Of a stretch of 64,000 nt of DNA, positions 44,208-55,208 are shown one piece after another. The stretch spans positions 419,450 to 483,449 of the forward strand of contig JAANOX010000241.1 of the NCBI GenBank assembly GCA_020184695.1, read 5' to 3'. The position numbers and the translations under genes are program-made. How positions within the stretch are numbered: position 1 is the first letter of the stretch; each line of letters begins with the position of its first letter. The stretch is from Histomonas meleagridis 2922-C6/04-290x. Lineage: Eukaryota; Protista; Parabasalia. The notes under the pieces are model-generated. The model did not search any database, was not told the origin of the DNA, and saw only the letters and a program-made list of their open reading frames with translations.

Positions 44208-46315
44208 TTTGTTTTGTATGAAATTTGTTTCTATAACTTATGGTTTTAAAATAATGTTTGGAAATTCTATTAATATTTTGAGACTTCACTTACTAATGCA
44301 CCACAATGTGATAATTTAGAAATGCTTAAATTACTTCTTGCCCAAAAAGGAATTAATGTTAATATGCATGATATTAACTTAATTTATATAAAATTCATTT
44401 TAATTATTTGAGAATTTTAAATAATATTTGGAAATTATTTGAATTATTTAGAACAGCAATAATGATAGCATCAGAAAAAGGAAGCATAGAAATAGTTAAA
44501 TTACTTCTTGAACAAGAAGGAATTGATATTAATGTTAAAAGTATTATTTTATTTTGTTTAATGTTTATTTGAAGATTTTAATATTTTCAAATAATATTTG
44601 GAAATTATTTCGCTAATTTTATACAGCACTTATATTTGCATCAGAAAATGGTTATACATAAATAGTCAAATTACTTCTTGAACAAAAAGGAATTAATGTT
44701 AATGTTAAAACTATTTTTTTATCTTATTCTATGTTTATTGTATCTATTTTGGATTTCAAAATAATATTTGGAAAATATTTAAAATATTTAATACAGCACT
44801 CATGTTATTATTAAAAAATGGGTATATTAAATTGGTTAAATTAATTCTTGAGCAAAAAGATATTGATATAAATACACAAGATTTAAATTTATTTTATTTA
44901 AAATTCATTTAATTATAATGATATTTTAAGATTACGTTTGGAAATTATTTAAAATATTTAATACAGCACTTATAATATCATTCATTAATGGTTACATCAA
45001 AATAACAAAATTACTACTTATGAGAAAAGATATTGATGTTAACATTAAAAATATTTATTTGTTTTATTTGAAATTTATTTTAATAATTTAAAATTTCAAA
45101 ATATTATTTGAAAATTATTAAAAATATTTAAAACAATACATATTTATGCATCTGAATGTGGTAATACAGAAATAGTCAAATTACTTCTTGAACAAAAAGA
45201 AATTGAAATTAATTTCAAAGACAATACTTATTTTACCAACTTAATGATTCAAAATATTATCTGGAAATTATTTCAATAATTTTATACAGCACTTATGTTT
45301 GTATCTGAAAAAGGTTTCACAAAAATTGTTAAACTACTTCTTGAACAAAAAGGAATCGATGTTAATTCTAAAAATATTTATTTGTATTATTTGAATTTTA
45401 TTTTAATAATTTAATATTTCAAAATAATATTTGGAAATTAATTAAATTATTTAATACAGCACTTATTTTAGCATCTTCAAGAGGTTATACAGAAATTGTT
45501 AAATTACTTCTTGAACAAAAAAGAATTGATTTTAATGCTCAAGATATTTATTTATTTTATTTATAATTTATTTTAATAATTTTATATTTTAAAATAATAT
45601 TTGGAAATTATTTGAATTATTTAAAACAGCACTTATTTATGCATCTGAAAAAGGTCATACAGAAATAGTTAAATTACTTCTTGAACAAAAAGGAATTGAT
45701 ATTAATGCTAAAATTAAAATTTATTTTAATAATTTTATATTTCAAAATAATATTTGGAAATTATTTAAAATATTTAAAACAGCACTTATGAACGCATCTT
45801 TAAATGGGAATACAGAAATGGCTAAATTACTTCTTGAACAAGAAGGAATTGATATTAATGTTAAAAATATTTATTTATTTTATTTGAAATTTATTTTAAT
45901 AATTTGATATTTCAAAATAATATTTGGAAATTATTTGAATTATTTGAAACAGCACTTATTTGGGCCTCTTGGAGCAGTCATCTAGAAATCGTTAAATTAC
46001 TTCTTGAACAAAAAGGAATTGATATTAATGCTAAAACTATTTTTTTATATTATTCTATGTTTGTTGTATCTATTTTGGATTTCAAAATAATATTTGGAAA
46101 TTATTTAAATTATTTTGGAATGCACTTATGTTTGCATCTTATAATGGTCATACAGAAATAGTTAAATTACTTCTTGAACAAAAAGATATTGATATTAATG
46201 CAAAAGATATTTATTTGTTTTATTTAGAATTTATTTTAATAATTTCTTATTTCAAAATAATATTTGGAAATTATTTAAATTATCTGGAACAGCATTTATT
46301 TTGACATACACATGA
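44202..46315 (+). repeat. Interrupted ankyrin array B: 13 units
   Basis: Unit starts 44283, 44453, 44623, 44793, 44963, 45133, 45286, 45456, 45626, 45779, 45949, 46119, 46289 (170 nt apart, twice 153). One unit (44623) has a TAA in the repeat; the last is truncated. Confidence 0.92.
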
Positions 46316-46629
46316 AGGCAGTCAATAGTATTTCAAAATTTTGTTTAAACAAATAATGTACAAATAACAACTATGTATTTTTACATAAGGATATTTTTAT
46401 AAAAATTGCTTATTAAAAATTATGAGTTATATATCTAAAATAGATATTTTGAAATGATATTTATCGTCATTTCGCTTTTTTGTGCTAAAAATTTTCTTTA
46501 AAACTTTTATAAAAGATACTGATCTTAAATTCATTATAATAATTTTTATTTACATTTGATTCTTGCATTGACATCCAGAATCCATTTCGTAATACAAACA
46601 AACATAGTCAATTTTATACGTTATTAAAA

Positions 46630-47595
46630 ATGTACTCTGGATCTGATGATGATGATGGAAACTTCGATCAACAATTTAATAGCGGATCAAATTACCAGTC
46701 AATAATGAATCAAGATTACTCTATCGAGCCTAACTCAAAATATGATCGATCTTTCAGTTTTTCTGATTCAGATAATTCATTTCCAGATGTAAACTCTCCT
46801 CGTCAACTCCCAGGAGCTAATGTTCGAAGTCCAATGAGTTCACCTGAACAACCTCTTTCCAGACAATTGGAAAAAAGCCCAAGTGATTACGTTAACACTT
46901 TTAAGCAAACCAAAAAGCTTGACGCATCTGATGACCTAGCTGAATCTCTTGGGGCATCTTCTGAAATGGCATCCATATTCAGTCTAATATCAAAATTTCA
47001 ACCAGATTCATATGAAATTCCAGCTCATTGGAAACCTTTCATCCCTGACTTAGTACCAGCCATTGGCAGCATTGATGCGTTTATCAAAGTTCCAAGGCCA
47101 GATTCTGAACTTGATGAACTCGGACTTGTTATAGTCGATGAACCATCCATTGCACAAAGTAATCCCCAAGTCCTCCGCATGGAGCTACGTGAAAAATATG
47201 GTGTTTCTGGCTCAGAAAAAGAAGGAGATGGATATGTCGGATGTATCGAAAATGCTCAAAAGAACCTCAAAGAACTTAATTCTTGGCTCGATTCAATCGA
47301 AGAGATTCACCGCAATCGTCCACCACCATCTATTATTTATAAGAGTAAAATGCCTGAATTTGAAGAATTGATGGAACCATGGCCAGAGCAGTTCGAGGAA
47401 ACACTTAAATCAGTGCCATTGCCGTCAGCAGATCTTGATGTTTCTTTTGATGAATACGCAAAGATTGTTTGCGCTTTATTAGATATCCCTGTAAAAGGAA
47501 ATTTGGTGGAATCATTGCATCACTTATTTTCATTATACTCACAGTTTGAAGGAAATGCATACTTTAAGTCACAAGAGGATACAGAGCATAATTAA
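46630..47595 (+). CDS. IFT46: Intraflagellar transport protein 46
   Basis: WKPFIPDLVPAIGSIDAFIKVPRPD, LGLVIVDEPSIAQSNPQVL, PEFEELMEPWP and LVESLHHLFSLYSQF. Confidence 0.93.
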   Translation: MYSGSDDDDGNFDQQFNSGSNYQSIMNQDYSIEPNSKYDRSFSFSDSDNSFPDVNSPRQLPGANVRSPMSSPEQPLSRQLEKSPSDYVNTFKQTKKLDASDDLAESLGASSEMASIFSLISKFQPDSYEIPAHWKPFIPDLVPAIGSIDAFIKVPRPDSELDELGLVIVDEPSIAQSNPQVLRMELREKYGVSGSEKEGDGYVGCIENAQKNLKELNSWLDSIEEIHRNRPPPSIIYKSKMPEFEELMEPWPEQFEETLKSVPLPSADLDVSFDEYAKIVCALLDIPVKGNLVESLHHLFSLYSQFEGNAYFKSQEDTEHN

Positions 47596-47767
47596 TTTTG
47601 GTATTTCTTTCTCTTTAATAATAAATTTTTTAATTTTTGTCTTTCATGGTGATGGATTCCGAATTGTTTATTGTTCATATTTTAATTTGAGCTTGTAATT
47701 GATTTTCTCTGTTAAATTTAGTAATTACTAATATTTATCATTAACAATTATTGTTAATTCTCAGCAA

Positions 47768-47842
47768 AGCACCGTGGAACAATTGGTTTAGTTCGTGAGG
47801 CTCATAACCTCAAGGTTGGAAGTTCGAGTCTTCCCGGTGCTC
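47768..47842 (+). tRNA. tRNA-Met (CAT)
   Basis: Acceptor AGCACCG/CGGTGCT, D stem GAAC/GTTC, anticodon arm TGAGG-CTCATAA-CCTCA, T arm GGAAG-TTCGAGT-CTTCC. Confidence 0.93.
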
Positions 47843-47848
47843 TTTTTT
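47843..47848 (+). terminator. Pol III T6 terminator of the tRNA
   Basis: TTTTTT immediately after the tRNA 3' end. Confidence 0.75.
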
Positions 47849-48446
47849 GAATTTTTATATGTTTTTTATAAATCATTCATTGAGTTATTTAATTCACATG
47901 TAATTAAGAAATCAAAAATCAGTTTGGTAACAATCTAATTTCTTATGGAACACAACCCACAAAGATAGTTGATAATTAAACCAATTTCTAACGCTTGGTT
48001 CATATTTCGTAATTTAAAATACTCTTCTTGGGCTATAATTGCTTGTTCAACTATCAAAAAATTTGTTTTATATTTCTCTAAAAGTTTATTTAATAAATAA
48101 GCATAAAGTTTTTGATTTGTTTTATATTTATTTACCATGTTTAATATATTAATCGAATTGTTTTTACATGAAATTTGTTTTCATAACGAATAATCATCGT
48201 TTTCATTTATAAATGATATGAACATATTGATCAATATGTGGATCTTTTAATCCAAATAATTTGAATTAAACTCATTACCCACAGTAAGTTTTTGAGGAAG
48301 TGTAATTGAATAAGGTTGAAATGAACAAATATAAATCCAATTTCTTGGAGGTAAGATCAAACAGAAAATTGATTGCAAGAAGGTAAGGAACGTTATTTTT
48401 TAATCGTTTAATATTTGTGAGACTTTGTTTGGATAATTCCAACTGG

Positions 48447-49658
48447 ATGCTATCTGCTGTTTTTATTCTCAACAAAGACGCTACAATCTTGATCGAAAAG
48501 CAATACAGAGAAAAAATTGACAGATCTGTTATAGACTCTGCTTGTCTTGCTATTAGAGATCAAACTCAAGAACCACCAGGGATTATTGCAAATGGTGAGT
48601 TAACAGTGATTCTTCACCATGAGCGTGAAATATGGCTTGTTGGTGTTTGCGAGGGAGATGAATTTGCATTATTTTCTATCAGCATCTTAAAGCACCTTGG
48701 AAAACTTCTTTCATCATTATTAAAAGAAGGTGCCACAGAAAACTCAATCAAATCAGAATATCCATCTGTTTACCAGATCCTTGATTATGCAATTGATTAT
48801 GGGTTTCCATTTTTGGATGAAAATAATACAATTTTGACAATGCTCACAAGACCACCCACTGATTATTCTAAAGGAAACCGTCTTCAATTAGATCTCAACA
48901 AGCCATGGCGATCAGTTGGGATCAAAAGAATGCAAAATGAAGTTTTGCTTGATATTATTGAAGATGTTGATATTTCTGTCAATTCTATGGGTAGGCTTGA
49001 ATTTTGTTACATCCGAGGTACTGTTGATGCCACAGTTCGCCTCTCAGACAATCCATTTTGCAAGATAATTCTCACTCCATCCACGCACTATGAAGATGTA
49101 ACTTTCCATAGATGCGTTCAAATAGAGTCCAGTGAAGCTAAGGTCATTCCTTTTGTTCCACCAGAAGGTCCTTTCACTTTGATGAAATACAAGCAAACGG
49201 CTCCCCAAGTTAACGTTCCCCTTTGGATTTCGCCTCAGTTCACTTGGAACAAAGGAAGTGTCACTTTTGAGATAGTTGTCAAAGCAGAAGCGGTTATCCC
49301 CCACCCCTTGGAAAGTGTCGAGGTCAGGTTTGAACTTCCTGAGGGAGTCCTTTCACCAGCACTTGCTGCTCCATATGGACGTGCAATATTCGAAGGAACA
49401 ACTCATGAAGTTGTATGGACAATTGGACAAATACCAGGTAAAGATCCTGTAGTTCTTAGAGGAAGCGCATCAACAGAGCAAGGATTCGACTTAGGATCCA
49501 GGTTCCCTGTTGTTAGAGCCAAGTTTTTCACAATTGGATACACTTTGTCTGGATTTAGAATTGATAGATTGGAAATCGAAAATGTAAATTATGGTGTATT
49601 TAAAGGAGTGAAATACATCACAGAAGGTGGTAATTATGAGTTCAGAACTGGTCACTAA
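48447..49658 (+). CDS. AP3M1: Adaptor complex medium subunit, AP-3 mu-like
   Basis: MLSAVFILN start, ILDYAIDYGFP, WRSVGIKRMQNEVLLDIIEDVD, EDVTFHRCV, FVPPEGPFTLMKY and KGVKYITEGG. Confidence 0.8.
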   Translation: MLSAVFILNKDATILIEKQYREKIDRSVIDSACLAIRDQTQEPPGIIANGELTVILHHEREIWLVGVCEGDEFALFSISILKHLGKLLSSLLKEGATENSIKSEYPSVYQILDYAIDYGFPFLDENNTILTMLTRPPTDYSKGNRLQLDLNKPWRSVGIKRMQNEVLLDIIEDVDISVNSMGRLEFCYIRGTVDATVRLSDNPFCKIILTPSTHYEDVTFHRCVQIESSEAKVIPFVPPEGPFTLMKYKQTAPQVNVPLWISPQFTWNKGSVTFEIVVKAEAVIPHPLESVEVRFELPEGVLSPALAAPYGRAIFEGTTHEVVWTIGQIPGKDPVVLRGSASTEQGFDLGSRFPVVRAKFFTIGYTLSGFRIDRLEIENVNYGVFKGVKYITEGGNYEFRTGH

Positions 49659-49888
49659 GATGATTTGTTGAATTTTTTAAACACAGATCTCAATTTATCA
49701 TAATTTTATAATAACCTTTCACCAAGAAAATGGAAATATGTAATTAAAGCGCGTTGATATATTCGATATAGATCGAGCACGTGTTTGAGTAATGAAATTA
49801 TTTAAAATTAGTTTTCAAATCACATGTCATTATTTTTTCCTTGGTTCGTTTCCCAAGAGGTGAATATTTTTTATTTTCAATCCACCAA

Positions 49889-52783
49889 ATGGAAAATTAT
49901 CACCTTCTTGATCAAATTGGAGAAGGCTCATTTGGGAGGGTGTACAAAGCGAGGCGAAAATTTACAGGGAACATAGTTGCAATAAAAATGATTAACAAAC
50001 TTGGGCAATCAAAAGAAGATTTATTATCATTTCGAAGTGAAATCAGTATTCTCAAAAAAGTCAATCATCCCAATGTCATGCGTCTTCTTGATATTTTTGA
50101 GACTAACACAGATTTTTGCATTGTTTCTGAACTTGCGCGAGGTGATCTTTTTCAAATCATTGATGATGGACAAACACTTCCTGAGGAAGTACTTCGTAGT
50201 ATAGCAGCGCAATTAGTTTCAGCATTATCCAATCTTCATTCCTCTCGAATAATTCATCGAGATATCAAACCCCAAAATGTATTAGTATGTGCCAATGGTG
50301 CGCTCAAGTTCTGTGATTTTGGTTTTGCTCGAGCACTTTCCTGTACCACACTTGTTCTTACATCCATCAAAGGCACCCCATTATATATGGCACCTGAACT
50401 TGTTCAAGAACAGCCATATGATGAGAAAGTCGACATATGGTCATTAGGTGTTATTCTTTATGAGCTTTATTATGGGAAACCACCGTTTTATACGAACTCC
50501 ATCTACAAGTTAATACAAATGATTGTCAATGAAAACATTGTTTGGCCGGAAACAATCAGCGAACAATTCCAAGATTTTTTAAACAAAATGCTTCAAAAAG
50601 ATCCAAACAAGCGTGCGTCATGTGAAGATTTACTTATGCATCCATTTATAGCGCGTGTACCACTTGCTCCATTTGATGATTCATTTTATCAATATAAAAG
50701 GAAACAATTCGATGATGCAATCGAAGAATCACTTTCATCTAATTTCAAGCCACCTGAAGCGTCTACTCCTGATTATCAAAGCATTTTACTTAATCCTTCT
50801 TCATATTCAACGAATGATTTATTAGATGCCGTTAAATACGTTGGCGAAAAAGATATAAATTTGGGATCTTCACAGTTATCCGCTTCTTTTGCTTATCATT
50901 TCTCCGAATATATAAAGAATTATTCAATTTTGGAAGAAGTATTAAAGACGGCCACGAAATTGTTACAAATTAATCCAGAATATTTTTTGGTTCCATTTCA
51001 ATCAGCAATTTCTATTCTTGGCGATACTAATATGCCAAATTCAGCAATCGATTTCTTCATCGAATTACTCGTCGTTCCATATATACATAAAGTTATTAAT
51101 AACATAAATGACGTCAATAAGCAATTCGAATTGGATGGTGATAAAGCGGGAAAATTAAGAGATAAATTAATGTCGTTCCTTTTTTCGTCCGATTCTTCAA
51201 AGTCAATTAAGGCTTATGCGTTTATGTCTTATTTAGTTCAAGTTTCAAATCAATTTCTAAACGCAATTTCGGGAAATTTCGCATCACAAATTGTTCCAAT
51301 CATAACTTCTGTAATTATTAATCAAAACTCAAACGTTTCTATCGCTGCTGCTTTAGTTATCCTTACGAAAATCATCGAAAAAAACTCAAATTCGATTCAG
51401 TATGTTCAACCTATTAATACATTTCTTGAAAATTATGTTAATTCATTAAGACAAATTCCATCAAATTTTGACACTTTTTGCTTGTTTTCAGCTCACATGT
51501 CATTCCTTTATGTCACTTTTCCTGTTTTATCACATTTAACGGATTTCCAAAGAATTTTCCCAAATACAAAAAATAATTTAACAACATTTCTTCAAACATT
51601 ATTTAAAGATAACTATGATGACTTGGTTGATTCTATTTTAATGTATTCAGCACAAAAGCCAAAAGAAAAATCCGAATATTTATTATTTATTTCATCATTA
51701 AATTCGATTTTTTCTAATTTTCCGATTAAACCTGAAACATTAGAAAAACTTATTGAAGCAATTCATACATTATTACCTATGCATCAAAATTTGTTATTAC
51801 AATCGATATTTAACTTACCTAATGAAACAATTAATAAATCGATAACATTAATAACGAAACTTTTTTACACAAATGTAAATATAAATTTATTATCCGAATT
51901 ATTATTTAAATATCTTAAAAACGAAAACAATATAAACATCATCAAAACGATATGTCAAAACAATTTATTAATAAAATTATCACAAATCATAATAAAAAAC
52001 GAGCCAATTATCACTAAATATATTATTTTGTTAATAGTTTTCCTAATAATTTCCAATAAAACTCCATCGATTGAAACTATTTCTCAATTTCCTGAAATAT
52101 TAAAAAATATTTATTCCGTTAATAAAGCTTATGAAGCAGGTTTAATCATCTCTGCATATATCGCACGATTAGGATCACAACAAATCGATGTGTTGGAAGA
52201 ATCGGGAACATTTGAATTTGCGGAGAAAATGTTAAATAGTTCCGAAGTCGAAATAAAATCGAAAACTTTAATACTTTTTGGTAACATATGGAAATATAAC
52301 AACATCAAGAAAGATCTTGTTGAGAAAATATTTCCGAATTTAATCGATGGAATAAAAAATGAAAATATGGAATTGAAAAAAGCTTCGGCATTTGTCATTG
52401 GTAATGTTATATATCAATTTCCTGATTTCGGGAATTTGATACTTGATAACATTAATGTAATTTTCGAATTACTCGAAAATGATGACGTAGTTATTGTTGA
52501 TTCCGCTGTTGGAATTATTTGTAACTTGGTGCATATGAATGATAAATATTTGTTGCAATTGTTACAATGCGATGCAATACAAAAGATATTTAAAGTTATG
52601 CAGAAAAATGAGGAAATCGCTAAGAAAATTTTAATGAGATTACCAATGCTGTGTAAGTATAATGAGGCAAGAAAGGTAATGAGACCAAAGAATTTTAGGA
52701 GCTTGATATTTAAGTTCACAAGAAATAATGACGAAGTAATTAGAACAACGGCACAGGCTATAATAAGGGTTTTGGATGCGTAA
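49889..52783 (+). CDS. STK36: Fused/STK36-like Ser/Thr kinase with C-terminal ARM/HEAT repeats
   Basis: IGEGSFGRVYKARRK, HRDIKPQN, CDFGFARALS, SIKGTPLYMAPELVQEQPYD and FYTNSIYKLIQMIV; ATG at 49889. Confidence 0.88.
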   Translation: MENYHLLDQIGEGSFGRVYKARRKFTGNIVAIKMINKLGQSKEDLLSFRSEISILKKVNHPNVMRLLDIFETNTDFCIVSELARGDLFQIIDDGQTLPEEVLRSIAAQLVSALSNLHSSRIIHRDIKPQNVLVCANGALKFCDFGFARALSCTTLVLTSIKGTPLYMAPELVQEQPYDEKVDIWSLGVILYELYYGKPPFYTNSIYKLIQMIVNENIVWPETISEQFQDFLNKMLQKDPNKRASCEDLLMHPFIARVPLAPFDDSFYQYKRKQFDDAIEESLSSNFKPPEASTPDYQSILLNPSSYSTNDLLDAVKYVGEKDINLGSSQLSASFAYHFSEYIKNYSILEEVLKTATKLLQINPEYFLVPFQSAISILGDTNMPNSAIDFFIELLVVPYIHKVINNINDVNKQFELDGDKAGKLRDKLMSFLFSSDSSKSIKAYAFMSYLVQVSNQFLNAISGNFASQIVPIITSVIINQNSNVSIAAALVILTKIIEKNSNSIQYVQPINTFLENYVNSLRQIPSNFDTFCLFSAHMSFLYVTFPVLSHLTDFQRIFPNTKNNLTTFLQTLFKDNYDDLVDSILMYSAQKPKEKSEYLLFISSLNSIFSNFPIKPETLEKLIEAIHTLLPMHQNLLLQSIFNLPNETINKSITLITKLFYTNVNINLLSELLFKYLKNENNINIIKTICQNNLLIKLSQIIIKNEPIITKYIILLIVFLIISNKTPSIETISQFPEILKNIYSVNKAYEAGLIISAYIARLGSQQIDVLEESGTFEFAEKMLNSSEVEIKSKTLILFGNIWKYNNIKKDLVEKIFPNLIDGIKNENMELKKASAFVIGNVIYQFPDFGNLILDNINVIFELLENDDVVIVDSAVGIICNLVHMNDKYLLQLLQCDAIQKIFKVMQKNEEIAKKILMRLPMLCKYNEARKVMRPKNFRSLIFKFTRNNDEVIRTTAQAIIRVLDA

Positions 52784-53204
52784 GTTGTAAATTGTTTTTA
52801 TGTAATTTTTAAATGTTTTTTGAATGATTTGTATATTTCGAAAAATATTGTCGTGAAAATGTAATTATCAATTTCATATTAAAACACTTCAAGTAAAATT
52901 TGCATATTTTTCATGTGTACACTTTATAATTTTCTATGATAAATCATTCGCTCGTACGATAGTGAAGCAACCAATTTGGTTCAAATTGACTAGTTTACTC
53001 ATAAATTTAATGATTTTTGAGAATTTCCGTACACATCATCTTATTATTTAGTGGTTAAACATTTCAATTTATTGATGAGACGGTTGTTATTTGAAATACA
53101 TCGATGTTGACCGTTTATATAATGATTATAACGAAAATCTGAATAACATTAACGTAAAATAAATCATAAGCAAAGATAAAATCAATTAAATTTTGATAAA
53201 AGCT

Positions 53205-53525
53205 TTATTCATTATAATAAAATGACGTAGCACCATTTTCTGTAAGCAAATCGATTACATCTTGGTTCGATTTTCCAGCTAAAGAGAGTGTTGTTTTAAA
53301 CATTATTATAAATAATCTCCAAATACTATTTTGAATTATCAAATAATTAAAATAAATATTAAATAAAACAAATAAATGTTTCGAGCGTTAATATCAATTC
53401 CTTCTTGTTCAAGGTCATAAAGTGATGGCTCAATTTTTTGATTAAAGCCAAAATCATTTTGTACTGTCATTTCTTGAAGTTTTTCGATTTCATCATTTCA
53501 TTTGGATTATTTTCTTCTACCAACG
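53205..53525 (-). pseudogene. Internally deleted DUF3447-ankyrin copy: head fragment fused to last junction and terminal repeat
   Basis: NDEIEKLQE...IEPSLY joins directly to LEQEGIDINARNI, then an 83-nt spacer, then KTTLSLAGKSNQDVIDLLTENGATSFYYNE*. Confidence 0.75.
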
Positions 53526-54042
53526 ATTATTTTCCATCCAAAAAGTTTATAACCGTAAAGTATTTGAATAATAAATCATGGTTTTAAACCGTCGTGCAAA
53601 ATACTACTTTTTCTCGAAATTCAGCAAAAGAAATCTTAGAATATTTCAAATAAATAAAATTTAGTATATAGGAATTCTTATATAAAATTTTAAGAAAAAA
53701 AAGGGTGGGTTTCTAAAGTCTTGATGATCTTTTGGCATGTAAATTTTCATAATAAATGTACTTTTTCTCAAAATCAATAATATTTATTTTAGAAAAAACC
53801 TAATAGTATACATAGCAATGTTATTGTGCATATTAATATGTATAAATAATCAAAAAATTATGAAATAATTTTTTGATCAAATTTCGAAATATTCAATTTA
53901 TATAAATAAAAGTCATATGACTCAAATAATCCGAATCTGGCCAAATAATTTTTACTATAATTTTTTTTTTAATATTTTAAGTGTATATGCTTGAAAAAGT
54001 AATTACAAATTTTCTGAAGGGACATCTCCAAGAGTCCACTCT

Positions 54043-54468
54043 GCAGAGGTAATACAGAAATAGTTAAATTACTTCTTGAACAAGAAGGAATTGATATTAA
54101 TGCTAAAAATATTTATATGTTTTATATCGTATTTATTTTAATAATTTCTTATTTCAAAATAATATTTGGAAATTATTTGAATTATTTGATACAGCACTTA
54201 TTTTAGCATCTTCAAATGATCATATAGAAATAGTTAAATTACTTCTTGAACAAAAAGATATTGATATTAATGCTAAAGATATTTATTTGTTTTATTTGAT
54301 ATTTATTTTAATAATTTTCTATTTCAAAATAATATTTGGAAATTATTTAAATTATTTAATACAGCACTTATTATTGCATCTGAAAAAGGTCATAGAGAAA
54401 TAGTTAAATTACTTCATGAGAATGAGAAAGAGCACAATGCCAATGTTGATACATTTTTCTCTTATTAA
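54043..54468 (+). repeat. Orphan interrupted ankyrin array D (partial unit, full unit, terminal unit)
   Basis: Unit starts 54191 and 54361 (170 nt apart) with canonical spacers; ends TALIIASEKGHREIVKLLHENE...*; no head ORF upstream. Confidence 0.85.
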
Positions 54469-55208
54469 TTATCATTTAATGATATATTTCCAATAAATCA
54501 AAATACAGCATTTGAAATGGATTCAAAAAGTACATTTGAATATTCACCAAAATTTTATTATAAATCTCATTGAAAGGAGTAAAAAACATTGACTTCAAAT
54601 TTATTGTTAAAGAATTCATGTTTTTACCATAAAAACCGTTGTTTATCGGTATAGAAAAAATTGTGTAAGTTTGTCAGCAAATTGGAGCGGTTTGAGAATG
54701 AAAAGACAAAGGCTTGCAAATCGATGGAGGAAAACCACATCATACAAAAATATCAAGCTATATCAGGAGTGACAAAAGAAACAGCATCAATGAATGAGTT
54801 GTGTGGAACTACAATTATTGGGATGCTTTCCATGTTTTGTCACAGCTGAAGGCGAATACCCTCAGATTGGACTTGAAAAAACTCCAAAACATAGCTTTCG
54901 AATATGACAACAGACTTAGTCAAATATCGAAATCCGTGCAATGGATGAAATTTTATTACAAATTTTTGGGGATAATATTTCTGCTTATTCGGTAGCGGTG
55001 AGGGTTATGGTGCGGGGCGCCCTCCATTTTGCTGTTTTTGAACGATAGGGGATTTGAAAGGAAAAAAACGGCAATAAAAATATTCGACTTTTGATAAGGA
55101 GATCAAAATCATTTTAAAAAGTGAATAATGGCAAAATATTTCATTGGGAGGGTCTGGTACACTTCGAACCCCATTTTTTGAATAAAAATATTTTAAATTA
55201 TGATTAGT

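Noticed and set aside
45869-45952. AT-AC (U12) or AT/GT...ACAG splicing of the spacer
   Set aside because: The conserved ACAG/AC lies within the Thr-Ala codons. Donor and acceptor phases do not match, or the product would be only 28-30 aa per repeat; no ATATCC donor.
54640-55130. Moderately GC-richer fragment with short ORFs (54661-54849, 54801-54995)
   Set aside because: Possibly a TE remnant, but no diagnostic motif was recognised.
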